Assembly: GCA_002347815.1 (NCBI GenBank)
Contig: DDXV01000003.1
Coordinates: 25,336 to 89,335 of the forward strand
Length of the DNA: 64,000 nucleotides
Reading direction: 5' to 3'
Origin: Syntrophaceae bacterium UBA2251
GTDB lineage: Bacteria > Desulfobacterota > Syntrophia > Syntrophales > UBA2251
Shown here in pieces: positions 20,990-31,117 of the stretch. Below the pieces are notes generated by a model that had not been told where the DNA came from, searched no databases, and was given only the letters and a program-made list of their open reading frames with translations. Positions within the stretch are counted from its first letter, which is position 1, and each line of letters opens with the position of its first letter. A program made the position numbers and the translations under genes.

Positions 20990-23900
20990 ATGAGTGATAC
21001 CGCTCGCTTCACCCACCTTCATCTGCATACGCAGTACAGTCTGCTCGACGGAACCATCCGCCTGAACGATCTCTTCCGCAAGGCCCACGATTTCGGAATG
21101 ACGGCCATTGCCATGACGGATCACGGCAATATCTACGGTGCCGTCGATTTTTACCAACACGCCGTTCGGGCCGGCATCAAACCCATCCTCGGGTGCGAGC
21201 TTTACGTCGCCCCGCGGAGCCGCTTCACAAAAGGAGGGCAGGGGATCGGCGAGTCCTCTCATCACCTGGTCGTCCTCGTCGAAGACGCCGAGGGCTACGA
21301 CAACCTGAAAAAGTTGGCGACCGCCGCGTTTCTCGAGGGATTCTATTACCGGCCGCGGGTCGACAAGGAGCTGCTGGCCCGCCATCACAAGGGCCTGATC
21401 GGGATGAGCGCCTGTCTGCACGGAGAGATCGCCGAAAGAATCCTCCGCGGCGATGAGGCAGGCGCCGCGAAGGCGGCCGAGGAGTATCGCCAGATCTTCG
21501 GCGCGGGGAATTTTTATCTGGAGATCATGCAGAATGGACTGCCTGAGCAGGCGAAGGCCAATGAAGGCCTCAGGGCGCTCAGCCACCGCCTCGATCTGCC
21601 CCTCGTCGCCACGAACGACTGCCATTATCTGGAAAGGAAAGACGCGGAGGCGCATGAGGTCCTGCTCTGCATCCAGACGGGCAAGACGCTCGGGGACGCC
21701 GACCGGATGCGGTTCGCGACGGATGCCTTCTATTTCCGCTCCCCGGACGAGATGACCGCGCTTTTCGCCGACTGCCCCGAAGCGATCGCCAACACCGCCG
21801 CCATCGCCGACCGGTGCCACTATCAGTTCGACTTCGGCAAGTTCTACCTCCCCCATTTCTCCATCGATGCGGACGAAACGCTGGACGAGCGACTGGAGCG
21901 CAGCGCCCTCGAGGGACTGGAGGCGCTGCTGCCGGATATCGTTCCCGTGGATGATCCCGTGCTGCGCGAGCGTTACGACCAGCGCCTGCGCGACGAACTG
22001 GCCATGATCCGAACCATGGGGTTTGCCGGCTACTTCCTGATCGTTGCCGACTTCGTCAATCATGCGAAGAAAAACAACATCCCCGTCGGTCCCGGACGCG
22101 GCTCCGCGGCGGGGAGTCTCGTGGCTTACGCCACCGGAATCACCAGCATCGACCCGATCCGCTACCGCTTGTTTTTCGAGCGATTCCTCAATCCGGACCG
22201 GATCAGCATGCCGGACATCGATATCGACTTCTGCCAGGAAGGCCGCGACGACATCATCCGTTACGTCACCGAGAAATACGGCGCCGATCACGTCGCCCAG
22301 ATCATCACCTTCGGAAAGATGCAGGCCAAGGCCGTCGTTCGCGACGTCGGCCGCGCCCTCAGCATCCCCTACGGCGAGGTCGACCGCATCGCGAAGCTGA
22401 TTCCGAACATCCTCAACATCTCCCTCGACGAGGCAATCCAGATGGAGCCGCGCCTTCAAGAGGCGCAAAAAAAGGATGAACGCATCCGCAAACTCCTGGA
22501 GTTATCCCTCTCCCTGGAGGGGCTCAACCGGCACGCCTCGACACACGCCGCCGGGGTCGTCATTTCCGACGTGCCCCTGGTCGAACGCGTCCCCCTCTGC
22601 CGGAGCCCCAAGGAGGATGTGGTCACGCAGTTCTCCATGAACGATCTCCAGGAAGTGGGACTGACGAAATTCGATTTTCTGGGCCTCAAGACGCTGACCG
22701 TCATCAAGAATACGCTGAGATTCATCCAGGAGGGCAGGGGGGTCGAGCTGCGCATGAAGAACCTGCCCTTGAATGACGAGCAGACCTATCGGCTCCTGAT
22801 GCGGGGGGAGACGGACGGAGTCTTCCAGCTGGAGAGCTCCGGGATGAAGGACATCCTCGTCAACATGAAGCCGGACTGCATCGAGGACGTCATCGCCCTG
22901 ATCGCCCTGTACCGTCCCGGACCGATGGGGATGGTGCCGGAATTCATCTCCCGGAAGCAGGGGAAGACGAAGATATCCTACGAAGTTAACGATCTGGAGG
23001 ATATCCTGCGCGAGACCTACGGCGTCATTCTCTACCAGGAGCAGGTGATGCAGATCGCCAGCGTGATCGGCGGCTACACCATGGCGCAGGCCGACACCCT
23101 CCGCAAGGTGATGAGCAAGAAGAAAGTGGCGGCCATGGAGAAGGAGAAGCCGCGCTTCCTTTCCGGGGCGAAGCAGAAGCAGATCCCCGAGCAGAAGGCG
23201 ATCAGGATCTGGGAGCAGATGGAAAGCTTCGCCGAGTACGGCTTCAACAAGTCCCATAGCACCGCCTATGCCATGATCTCCTACCAGACGGCCTACCTCA
23301 AGGCCCATTATCCGGTTGAATACATGGCGGCCCTGCTGACGAGTGAAAAGGACAACCGTGACAAGATCATCAAATACATCGGGGTTTGCCGGGAGATGGG
23401 CATCCAGGTTCTGCCCCCCGACATCAACGCCTCCGGACGGGATTTCAGCGTTTCCGGAGAACACATTCGCTTCGGTCTGGCCGGGGTAAAGCATGTCGGG
23501 ATGGGGGCGATCGAGACGATCGTCCAGGCACGGGACTCGGGGGGGAAATTCCGTTCCCTGTTCGATTTCTGCTCGCGGGTCGACCTCCGGAAGGTCAACC
23601 GCCGGGTCATCGAAAGCCTCATCAAGTGCGGGGCCTTCGATGCGATGGGATGTAAACGCCGCCCGCTCCTCATGCACCTGGACGAACTGACGGAGCGCAT
23701 CCACGTCCGTCAGCGTGAGGCCGAAAGCCGCCAGGCGAGCATGTTTGCGGACACGGACGACTCCCGGGGGACTTCCGCGGACTCGCGGGACGAAACGATT
23801 CCCGATCTGCCCGAGTGGGAGCATAAAGAGCGCCTCGCCTACGAGAAGGACACGCTCGGGTTCTACATCACGGGTCACCCCCTTTCCAAGTACTCGGAAC

Positions 23901-24457
23901 GCCTCGCCATGCTGGCCGACACGGACTCTTCGTCCCTCGCCGAAAGGCGGGACAAGGAGACGGTGGCCATGGGGGGCGTTGTCAACGCCCTGCGCGAGGT
24001 CAAGACCCGCCGCAAGGATACGATGGCCTATGTGACCCTCGAGGACCTGAAGGGCTCCTTTGAGTGCATTTTCTTTTCCGAGATCTACCGGAAGGGGTAC
24101 GATCTGCTGCACGGGGACGATCCGCTCCTGGTCCGCGGCACGATCGATGTCGGCGAAGAAACCGTCCGCGTGATGGCTACGGAGATCGAACGTCTGGAGG
24201 AGGCGATGGACCGGCCCTTTTCGTCCGTCCATTTTCATCTGACCGCCCGAAACGCGACCGTCGAGACGCTTCAGTCCCTGCGTGACCTCCTGATTCGAGA
24301 CCATCCCGGCAAATGCGATGGATTTGTTCACATTCACGACAAAGGGACGGAAACGGTCGTCTCGCTCGGAGACGAAACACGCGTGACCGCTTCGACGAGG
24401 CTTCAGGACGCCGCGGATGGGCTGATCGGTCAGCGTGGGGCGACGGTCTTCCAATGA
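20990..24457 (+). CDS. dnaE: DNA polymerase III alpha subunit
   Basis: 1155 aa. PHP domain (HLHLHTQYSLLDG). Polymerase core (PDIDIDF, GLTKFDFLGLKTLT, YRPGPM). OB fold at the C-terminus. Confidence 0.97.
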   Translation: MSDTARFTHLHLHTQYSLLDGTIRLNDLFRKAHDFGMTAIAMTDHGNIYGAVDFYQHAVRAGIKPILGCELYVAPRSRFTKGGQGIGESSHHLVVLVEDAEGYDNLKKLATAAFLEGFYYRPRVDKELLARHHKGLIGMSACLHGEIAERILRGDEAGAAKAAEEYRQIFGAGNFYLEIMQNGLPEQAKANEGLRALSHRLDLPLVATNDCHYLERKDAEAHEVLLCIQTGKTLGDADRMRFATDAFYFRSPDEMTALFADCPEAIANTAAIADRCHYQFDFGKFYLPHFSIDADETLDERLERSALEGLEALLPDIVPVDDPVLRERYDQRLRDELAMIRTMGFAGYFLIVADFVNHAKKNNIPVGPGRGSAAGSLVAYATGITSIDPIRYRLFFERFLNPDRISMPDIDIDFCQEGRDDIIRYVTEKYGADHVAQIITFGKMQAKAVVRDVGRALSIPYGEVDRIAKLIPNILNISLDEAIQMEPRLQEAQKKDERIRKLLELSLSLEGLNRHASTHAAGVVISDVPLVERVPLCRSPKEDVVTQFSMNDLQEVGLTKFDFLGLKTLTVIKNTLRFIQEGRGVELRMKNLPLNDEQTYRLLMRGETDGVFQLESSGMKDILVNMKPDCIEDVIALIALYRPGPMGMVPEFISRKQGKTKISYEVNDLEDILRETYGVILYQEQVMQIASVIGGYTMAQADTLRKVMSKKKVAAMEKEKPRFLSGAKQKQIPEQKAIRIWEQMESFAEYGFNKSHSTAYAMISYQTAYLKAHYPVEYMAALLTSEKDNRDKIIKYIGVCREMGIQVLPPDINASGRDFSVSGEHIRFGLAGVKHVGMGAIETIVQARDSGGKFRSLFDFCSRVDLRKVNRRVIESLIKCGAFDAMGCKRRPLLMHLDELTERIHVRQREAESRQASMFADTDDSRGTSADSRDETIPDLPEWEHKERLAYEKDTLGFYITGHPLSKYSERLAMLADTDSSSLAERRDKETVAMGGVVNALREVKTRRKDTMAYVTLEDLKGSFECIFFSEIYRKGYDLLHGDDPLLVRGTIDVGEETVRVMATEIERLEEAMDRPFSSVHFHLTARNATVETLQSLRDLLIRDHPGKCDGFVHIHDKGTETVVSLGDETRVTASTRLQDAADGLIGQRGATVFQ

Positions 24458-25242
24458 ACGCACGGACGGAGAGGGAAGGGCGGCAATCCGGTCCAGATAC
24501 CCCGGGCCGGCGCTACGAACCCCGGACATACCGAAATCGCATCGCACCGGAAGCGGACCTTCCCGCCTTTTCCGTCTTTGTAAGGGAAACGGACCTGTTC
24601 CTCCGCGCGGACCGTGACTTGTCTCACGAGACGCTGGAGGCCGTCCATGCCTGTCGCGCGCAGATCGAAACCTACATCCGACATCATCCCGAATTTCTGC
24701 ACGCAAGAACCCCCCTTCCCGAAGATCCGCTCGCGCCGGACATCGTCAGGCGGATGCTGCTCGCGGCACGCCAGGCGGAAGTGGGTCCGATGGCCGCCGT
24801 GGCCGGGGCAATCGCGGAATCCGTCGGCCAGAGCCTCCACACCCTCGCGGGTATCTCTAATGTAATGGTTGAGAATGGAGGGGATATCTACCTGGATTGC
24901 AAAAGGGATCTTCGGGTAGAGATCCATGCGGGTCAATCCCCCCTGAGCGGAAAGATTGCCCTGATCATCCGTTCCGACCGGATGCCGCTGGGCGTCTGCA
25001 CCTCCTCGGGGACGGTCGGCCACTCGTTCAGTTACGGCCGCGCCGACGCGGTCTGCGTCCTGTCCGGTTCGGCCTCGCTGGCCGATGCCGCCGCCACGCG
25101 CATCGGGAACCTGGTCCAATATCCCAAAGACATCGAGAAGGGGTTGAAGATGGCGGAGGGGATCCCCGGCCTCCGGGGGGTGGTCGTCATCTGCGGAGAC
25201 CGTCTGGGATTGGCCGGAGACGTCGAGCTGGCCGGGCCATAA
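24454..25242 (+). CDS. UPF0280 / ApbE-related family protein
   Basis: About 262 aa from ATG 24454 (ATGA overlap with the dnaE stop). GPMAAVAGAIAE...ENGGDIY...CTSSGTVGHSFSYGRADA resembles the UPF0280 family. Confidence 0.65.
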   Translation: MNARTEREGRQSGPDTPGRRYEPRTYRNRIAPEADLPAFSVFVRETDLFLRADRDLSHETLEAVHACRAQIETYIRHHPEFLHARTPLPEDPLAPDIVRRMLLAARQAEVGPMAAVAGAIAESVGQSLHTLAGISNVMVENGGDIYLDCKRDLRVEIHAGQSPLSGKIALIIRSDRMPLGVCTSSGTVGHSFSYGRADAVCVLSGSASLADAAATRIGNLVQYPKDIEKGLKMAEGIPGLRGVVVICGDRLGLAGDVELAGP

Positions 25243-25281
25243 AGTATACATAATGTATCTTATGAGACGTTGTATCCAGGC

Positions 25282-26235
25282 CTAGAGGCCTTCCTCGTCG
25301 AGCTGCCGAATCAGCTTGGCCTGTCTGTCGGTCAGTTTCTTCGGGACCTCGACGGAAATCTTCACGTACTGATTCCCCTTTGCAGCCCCCTTGAGGCCCG
25401 GGGCGCCGTATCCTTTCATCCTGATCTTGGTATGGTTCTGCGTTCCGGCCGGGATCTTGATCCGTTTCGTCCCCCCGTCCAGGGTCGGGACATCGAGGAC
25501 CGTTCCCAAGGCGGCCTGAGAGAAGCGAACCGACCTCTCGACATATAGGTCGTTTCCGTCACGGTTGAAGATGGGGTGAGGCTGAATCTGGATGTTCATG
25601 TACAGATCGCCCGGAGGTCCGCCGCCGGAGCCGGGGGCCCCTTTGCCTGTCAGGCGCAGCTTCTTTCCGTTCGCGATTCCCGGGGGGATCTTGAAGCTGA
25701 TCTCCTCGGCCCGGTCCTCCTTCTGGAGGGACAGCTTCTTCTCGGCCCCGAAGACCGATTCCTCCAAGGAAATTGAAAGGTTGTATTCCAAATCCTGTCC
25801 TGCCTGCGGGATGGGGCCGCCGTAAGGTGCGCCTCCCCGGCCGAAAAGGTCCGCAAAGGGGTCGCCGTCCATCTGCCGGTAGGTGCGCCGACGTCCGCCG
25901 TCAGAATAGACCCGCCCTCCCCCGCCGGCGCCGCCGAAGCTGAATCCAAAGCCGCGCAGAATGTCGTTCAGGTCGAAATTCCGGAAGATGTCTTCCTGGC
26001 TGTACCGCTGGCGAAACTGCTCGGCCGAGCCGAACTGATCGTACTGCTGACGCTTTTCGGGATCGCTGAGGACGGCATAGGCCTCGCTGACCTGCTTGAA
26101 CTTGTCCTCGGCGGTTTTGTTGTTCGGATTGCGGTCCGGATGGTACTTCAGGGCCAGTTTGCGATAGGCCTTCTTGATCTCCTCCGCTGCGGCGGATTTT
26201 TCCACACCCAGAATCTTATAATAGTCTTCCGACAC
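25282..26235 (-). CDS. cbpA: DnaJ-class co-chaperone without zinc finger (CbpA-like)
   Basis: J-domain DYYKILGV...KYHPDRN. Gly-rich linker. DnaJ C-terminal substrate-binding domains. No CxxCxGxG repeats. Confidence 0.85.
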   Translation of the reverse strand: MSEDYYKILGVEKSAAAEEIKKAYRKLALKYHPDRNPNNKTAEDKFKQVSEAYAVLSDPEKRQQYDQFGSAEQFRQRYSQEDIFRNFDLNDILRGFGFSFGGAGGGGRVYSDGGRRRTYRQMDGDPFADLFGRGGAPYGGPIPQAGQDLEYNLSISLEESVFGAEKKLSLQKEDRAEEISFKIPPGIANGKKLRLTGKGAPGSGGGPPGDLYMNIQIQPHPIFNRDGNDLYVERSVRFSQAALGTVLDVPTLDGGTKRIKIPAGTQNHTKIRMKGYGAPGLKGAAKGNQYVKISVEVPKKLTDRQAKLIRQLDEEGL

Positions 26236-26279
26236 GGCAAAACCCCTTCCTTGGTCAGTCGGCGAACGTCTTCCGCGCT

Positions 26280-26307
26280 AAAATACCCATTGTCCGGGCC
26301 TTGTCAA
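26280..26307 (-). promoter_or_regulatory. candidate promoter of cbpA
   Basis: Minus strand: TTGACA, 16-nt spacer, TATTTT, about 45 nt upstream of the cbpA start. Confidence 0.35.
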
Positions 26308-26326
26308 GGAAGCCGGCCGCGCCTGC

Positions 26327-26932
26327 TCAGGCCGCTCTTCCGAGATGAAAGGCCTTGAGGTTGGCGTCGACGAGCTTGGCGGGAAAGGAGGTCTTGAGGA
26401 CCTCGTTCCACCCGGACGCCTCGAGCGGCAGATAGCGGCTCAACACGCCCAGCATCACGGTATTTTCCGTCCGTGGATTCCCGGCGCGGACGCCCATCTC
26501 CAGCGCCCGGACCATCTTGACGGAGCTTGGGGGCAGGGGGAGCAGCGTGAGGATATCGTCCGGATAACGGGCGTCGCCCAGATTGACGGCAGGGGGGTAG
26601 ATTTCGGTGTCGTTGACGATTGCGATCCCCTCCGCACGGAGATAATCGAGATAGCGGAGCGCCTCCATCTTCTCGAACGCGAGCAGGATCCCCACTTCGC
26701 CCTTCTTGGCGATGGGGGAATGGACGCTCGTCCCGTAGCGGACGTGGCTTGTCACGCAGCCGCCCCGCTGCGCCATGCCGTGGACTTCACTCTTCTTCAC
26801 GTCGAGGCCGGCGCGCATCATGACCTCGCAGAGGATGTCGCTTGCGCGCAGGATGCCCTGCCCTCCCACACCGGCCATCAGAATACTCCGGACCGGTGTA
26901 TCCCCCATCGTACGGTCCTTTGATTTGCTCAT
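26327..26932 (-). CDS. iorB: indolepyruvate:ferredoxin oxidoreductase beta subunit
   Basis: 201 aa. GVGGQGILRASDIL...HGMAQRGG motif. Directly downstream of iorA. Confidence 0.88.
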   Translation of the reverse strand: MSKSKDRTMGDTPVRSILMAGVGGQGILRASDILCEVMMRAGLDVKKSEVHGMAQRGGCVTSHVRYGTSVHSPIAKKGEVGILLAFEKMEALRYLDYLRAEGIAIVNDTEIYPPAVNLGDARYPDDILTLLPLPPSSVKMVRALEMGVRAGNPRTENTVMLGVLSRYLPLEASGWNEVLKTSFPAKLVDANLKAFHLGRAA

Positions 26933-26936
26933 CCCT

Positions 26937-28739
26937 TCACTCCTCCCCGGCGACGATCGCGCCGGCCTTGCATAACTGCTGGCACACGGTACATCCGTTG
27001 CAGAGTTGCGGATCGATGACCGCGTTCCCTTCCTGCTTTTTGGTATTTCTCACGATTTGATCCGGGGCCTGGTCCGAAAATTTAAGCCAGGAGATCGGGG
27101 GGCATCCCAATCCGAGACAGGTCCGGCAGCCGATGCACTTGCCCGGGTCGACGCGGAGCGGCTTTTGCGGCGGTCCCGCTACGCGGCGGAAAAGCACGCA
27201 GGACCGGCGGGAGATGACCAGGGACGGTCCGCTCCGGGCGAGTTCCTCCCGGATGACCGCGCGGGTTTGCCGGATGTCGTACGGATCGATCACGCGGACC
27301 TGATCGATCCCCAGGGCCTCGGCCAGACGTTCAAAATCGAGGGCCTTGGCCGGCTGGCCCTGCAGGGTGAACCCGGTGGCGGGATGTTCCTGCATCCCGG
27401 TCATGGCGGTGGTCCGGTTGTCGCAGATGATGAAGACGCAGTCGCTGCGGTTATAGGCCGCATTGAGCAGCGACGTGATGCCCGAATGGATGAAGGTGGA
27501 ATCCCCGATGACGCCGACCACCTTCCCCTCCCCCTTTTTACCCAGGGCCTTGCTCATGCCGTGCGCCATGCCGATGCTGGCGCCCATGCAGATGCAGGCG
27601 TGCAGGCCCTCCAGGGGTTTCATGAAGGAAAGGGTATAGCAGCCGATGTCGCCGGCCGCGAAGACCTTCAGTTTCCCGAGGACATAGAAGAGCCCCCGAT
27701 GGGGGCATCCCGGGCACAGGTTCGGCGGCCGCGGGGGCACGACGGGCGAAACATACGGCGAATCCTCCACGGAATCCGTCCGCAGCGCGCGTTCGACGAC
27801 CCCCGGATCGAATTCGTTCGTATAGGGAAAGGCGTCCTTCCCGGTGACGGGGATGCCCATGGCGCGGATCTGCTCTTCGAGGAAGGGATCCAGTTCCTCG
27901 ATCACGACCAGTCGGTCGACCCGGGCCGCGAAGTCCCGGATCGCCCTTTCGGGAAGCGGATGGACCATGCCGAGCTTGAGATAGGAATAATCGGGAAAGA
28001 CATCCTTGGCGTAATGATACGGGATGCCGGCGGTAATCACGCCGATGCCGGTCCGGTTGATCTCGACCCTGTTCTCGGGAAATGTCTCGGCGAAGGCCTT
28101 CAGGGCCTGCATGCGTTTTTCCACCTCGATGCGCCGCAGCCGCGCCATGGCCGGGACCATCACGTATTTGGGGGCGTTGAAGCGGATCTGGGTCGTATCC
28201 TCCACCGGAACGGGATCGGCAATCTCCACGATGGACTTGGAATGGGATACGCGGGTCGTGGTGCGGAGGAAGACCGGCGTGTCGAACTGCGCGCTCAAGG
28301 CGAAGGCGATCTTGATGAAGGCGTATGCCTCGGCGCTGTCGGCGGGCTCCAGCATGGGAATCTTGGCGAACTTGGCGTAATTGCGGTTGTCCTGCTCGTT
28401 CTGGGAACTGTGGAGGGAGGGGTCGTCGGCCGTGACGATGACGAGGGCGCCGTTGGTTCCCGTATAGCTCACGGTGAAGAGCGGATCGGCGGCAACATTG
28501 ACGCCGACATGCTTCATGACCGCCATGGCCTTCGTTCCGGCAAGTGCGGCGCCGATGGCGCACTCAAGGCCGACCTTCTCGTTCGGGCACCATTCGGCAT
28601 AGACGCCGTCATAGCGTGCGAACGACTCCATGATTTCCGTGCTGGGGGTGCCCGGATAGCCGCTCGCAAACCGGACGCCGCATTCGTATGCCCCCCGGGC
28701 GATGGCCTCGTTGCCGGACATCAATGTTCTGTTCTTCAT
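26937..28739 (-). CDS. iorA: indolepyruvate:ferredoxin oxidoreductase alpha subunit
   Basis: 600 aa. N-terminal GNEAIARGAYECGVRFASGYPGTPSTEI. TPP-binding GDSTFIHSG. C-terminal 2x[4Fe-4S] motifs CIGCRTC...C and CNGCTVCQQLC. Confidence 0.92.
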   Translation of the reverse strand: MKNRTLMSGNEAIARGAYECGVRFASGYPGTPSTEIMESFARYDGVYAEWCPNEKVGLECAIGAALAGTKAMAVMKHVGVNVAADPLFTVSYTGTNGALVIVTADDPSLHSSQNEQDNRNYAKFAKIPMLEPADSAEAYAFIKIAFALSAQFDTPVFLRTTTRVSHSKSIVEIADPVPVEDTTQIRFNAPKYVMVPAMARLRRIEVEKRMQALKAFAETFPENRVEINRTGIGVITAGIPYHYAKDVFPDYSYLKLGMVHPLPERAIRDFAARVDRLVVIEELDPFLEEQIRAMGIPVTGKDAFPYTNEFDPGVVERALRTDSVEDSPYVSPVVPPRPPNLCPGCPHRGLFYVLGKLKVFAAGDIGCYTLSFMKPLEGLHACICMGASIGMAHGMSKALGKKGEGKVVGVIGDSTFIHSGITSLLNAAYNRSDCVFIICDNRTTAMTGMQEHPATGFTLQGQPAKALDFERLAEALGIDQVRVIDPYDIRQTRAVIREELARSGPSLVISRRSCVLFRRVAGPPQKPLRVDPGKCIGCRTCLGLGCPPISWLKFSDQAPDQIVRNTKKQEGNAVIDPQLCNGCTVCQQLCKAGAIVAGEE

Positions 28740-28748
28740 GTCATGACC

Positions 28749-29432
28749 TCAATTCAGTAGGGCGATCTTCCGTTTGAGAAGCCGCGCCAGGGCCGGATCG
28801 GCGACCCGTTCCAGGGCCATGCGGTAGTGCGTGAGCGCCTGGCGGGGATCGTTCTGGGCCTCGAAGACGCGTGCCAGATTTTGATGCGTCATCCCCGAAA
28901 ACCCGTCACCGGCCTTGGAGCTCAAGGCGCGATCGAACGACTGCCGGGCCTGCGGGAGATTTCCCTTCGCCTCGTAGGCGCAGCCCAGGCCGTTCCAGGC
29001 CAGGGCGACGAGCGGGGAGTCCGCAGGCGCCTGCTTGATGAAGGCGTTGTAATGATCGATGGCGCGATCGAGCCGGCCCTGATCGTACGCATCACCCGCG
29101 AGGCGATAGCGGGCCAGCATAGCGCTTGAACTGCGGGGGTACTGGTCAATGATCTTCGCGTACGTCGCGAGGGTCTTTTCCCGGTTCGAAGGGGCGGAGA
29201 GCGCGGCCCGCATCGTCTCGTCCTCCGCCTTGAGGTAGAGGGCCGCGGCGGCGCGGCTGTTGCTCCATTCGTAAAGGACCCAGCCGCAGCCCAGGAGAAC
29301 CACCACGCCGAGAACGACGGCGGCCTGGACGATCCGCGTCCGGTGGCGCTGCAGCATCGACAGGACCTGGGCGAACTGGCTCTGCAGAATATCCGGCTGT
29401 TTGAGTTCTTTTTTGTTGACTTTCGTGGCCAT
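28749..29432 (-). CDS. membrane-anchored TPR-repeat protein (YfgM-like)
   Basis: Start chosen at MATKVNKKELKQP. One TM (AAVVLGVVVLLGCGWVLY), followed by TPR-like repeats. Confidence 0.65.
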   Translation of the reverse strand: MATKVNKKELKQPDILQSQFAQVLSMLQRHRTRIVQAAVVLGVVVLLGCGWVLYEWSNSRAAAALYLKAEDETMRAALSAPSNREKTLATYAKIIDQYPRSSSAMLARYRLAGDAYDQGRLDRAIDHYNAFIKQAPADSPLVALAWNGLGCAYEAKGNLPQARQSFDRALSSKAGDGFSGMTHQNLARVFEAQNDPRQALTHYRMALERVADPALARLLKRKIALLN

Positions 29433-29469
29433 GGTCTTCCCTCTCTCTAGGATCCCGGACGGGATAGAT

Positions 29470-29874
29470 TCAGCAAACGGTCCGCAAGCGCTCCACGAGG
29501 GGCGACGGCAGACGGACAACCCGGCCGCCGGTGTCCGTGCACGCGTGCACGGTGTAGCCCTCCACCCGTCGTTCGGTCAGGGCCTCATCCCAGATCTGAT
29601 AGGTGAATTTCAAGCTGGCCCGTTTGACGTAATCGATTGTCGTGAGGACCGCCAGGACCTGATCCAGCCGGGACGGCAGCAGGTAGTGGCAATAGACGCG
29701 CGTGACGGGCAGCGCGAACCCGAGCGGCGCGATGTCGGCATGGGCGATGCCCCGGGCGCGCATGAGTTCCGTCCGTCCGATCTCAAACCATTTGATGTAG
29801 TTGGCGTGATAGACGATCCCCATGGCATCCGTGTCCGCGTAGATCACGCGAATGTCAACCCGATGCGCGGTCAA
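29470..29874 (-). CDS. ybgC: 4HBT/YbgC-family acyl-CoA thioesterase
   Basis: 134 aa. IRVIYADTDAMGIVYHANYIKWFEIGRTE hot-dog thioesterase signature. Confidence 0.85.
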   Translation of the reverse strand: MTAHRVDIRVIYADTDAMGIVYHANYIKWFEIGRTELMRARGIAHADIAPLGFALPVTRVYCHYLLPSRLDQVLAVLTTIDYVKRASLKFTYQIWDEALTERRVEGYTVHACTDTGGRVVRLPSPLVERLRTVC

Positions 29875-31084
29875 TGAACCCCCTCCAGTCCCGGATGAAC
29901 GCCTCCATGAGGATGTAACCGGGTGAAACCATCAGTCCATTCGCGCGCGCGGCCGTCTCGCCGTAGGCGTTACCCCGTCGTTGATTTTCCACGTCCAGGG
30001 AGGACAGGACAGCGAAGGGCGTGGGATCGGCCGCGTGGGTGCGGATGCGGATCGGCGTGGGATGATCGCTCAGAACGAGCAGGCGAAACGGCCCTCCCCG
30101 TTCCAGTCCGTTCAGGACCGGCCCCACGATTCTCGCGTCGAAGTCCTCGATGGCCCGGATCTTTCCCGCCAGGTTGCCCTCATGCCCCATTTCGTCGGGC
30201 GCCTCGACGTGCAGGAAGACGAAGTCAAGCCCGTCCAGTATTTCAAGGGCCGTTCGCGCCTTGGCGTCATAATCGGTGTCGATATAGCCCGTTGCCCCCG
30301 GGACGCGAAAAACCTCGAGCCCGGCATAGACGCCCATGCCGTTCAGGAGGTCGACGGCGGAGATCATCCCGCCGGAGATCCGGTATTTTTCCGTCAATTT
30401 CTCAATCTTCGGCGCCCTGCCCTGCCCCCAGAGCCAGATGGCGTTTGCGGGTCGACGGCCCTGTTGGCGCCTGTCGCGGTTGACGGGATGATCCCGGAGG
30501 ATCCCCCGCGCCCTGTCCGCGATGGCGAGAATCGCCCCGGCCCCCTCGCCGGCGGGAACATGGCGGTCGATCGGCTGTCCGACGATGTCGTGGGGCGGCG
30601 TGGTGCGCATCGCCTCTTCGCCATTGCGCCAGACATAGAGATGACGGTAACTGACGCCCGGGAAAAAGTCTCGCTGACCGTCACTCAGCGCCTCGCCGAG
30701 GTCGCGGATGATCCGTCCGGCTTCCTCCGTCGAGATGTGACCGGCGGTGAAATCCTCCATGACGGGCGGGGCGTCATCGGAGAGGGTGACCAGGTTGCAG
30801 CGGAAGGCCACGTCGCGCGGTCCCAGGCTCACCCCCATGTTCGCCGCCTCTATGGCCCCGCGCCCGGTGTAGCATTCCCGGGGATCATAGCCGAGAACGG
30901 AGAGATTGGCGACGTCGCTTCCCGGGGTGAAGCCGTCGGGAATCGTATCGAGGAGTCCCAGCGTCCCCTCCGCGGCAACGCGATCCATGTGCGGCGTATG
31001 CGCCGCCTCGAGCGGGGTCCGGCCGTTCAGTTCGTCGAGCGGCTCGTCGGCCATGCCGTCGCCAAGCAACACTGCGTACTTCAT
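29855..31084 (-). CDS. cofactor-independent phosphoglycerate mutase family protein, archaeal ApgM type (possible non-canonical homoserine kinase)
   Basis: 409 aa. MKYAVLLGDGMAD...TPHMD...PGSDVANLSVLGYDP...VFLHVEAPDEMGHEG. Located immediately downstream of hom. Confidence 0.85.
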   Translation of the reverse strand: MKYAVLLGDGMADEPLDELNGRTPLEAAHTPHMDRVAAEGTLGLLDTIPDGFTPGSDVANLSVLGYDPRECYTGRGAIEAANMGVSLGPRDVAFRCNLVTLSDDAPPVMEDFTAGHISTEEAGRIIRDLGEALSDGQRDFFPGVSYRHLYVWRNGEEAMRTTPPHDIVGQPIDRHVPAGEGAGAILAIADRARGILRDHPVNRDRRQQGRRPANAIWLWGQGRAPKIEKLTEKYRISGGMISAVDLLNGMGVYAGLEVFRVPGATGYIDTDYDAKARTALEILDGLDFVFLHVEAPDEMGHEGNLAGKIRAIEDFDARIVGPVLNGLERGGPFRLLVLSDHPTPIRIRTHAADPTPFAVLSSLDVENQRRGNAYGETAARANGLMVSPGYILMEAFIRDWRGFIDRASG

Positions 31085-31117
31085 ACGTATCGACCGTCCC
31101 GCCGGCCAGGGCCGTTC

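Noticed and set aside
25243-25281. AT-rich stretch with short palindromes (GTATAC, ATACAT/ATGTAT, TGTATC x2) between convergent UPF0280 and cbpA genes
   Set aside because: The arms are too short and the loops too small to form a convincing hairpin or operator. Probably just a convergent-gene spacer.
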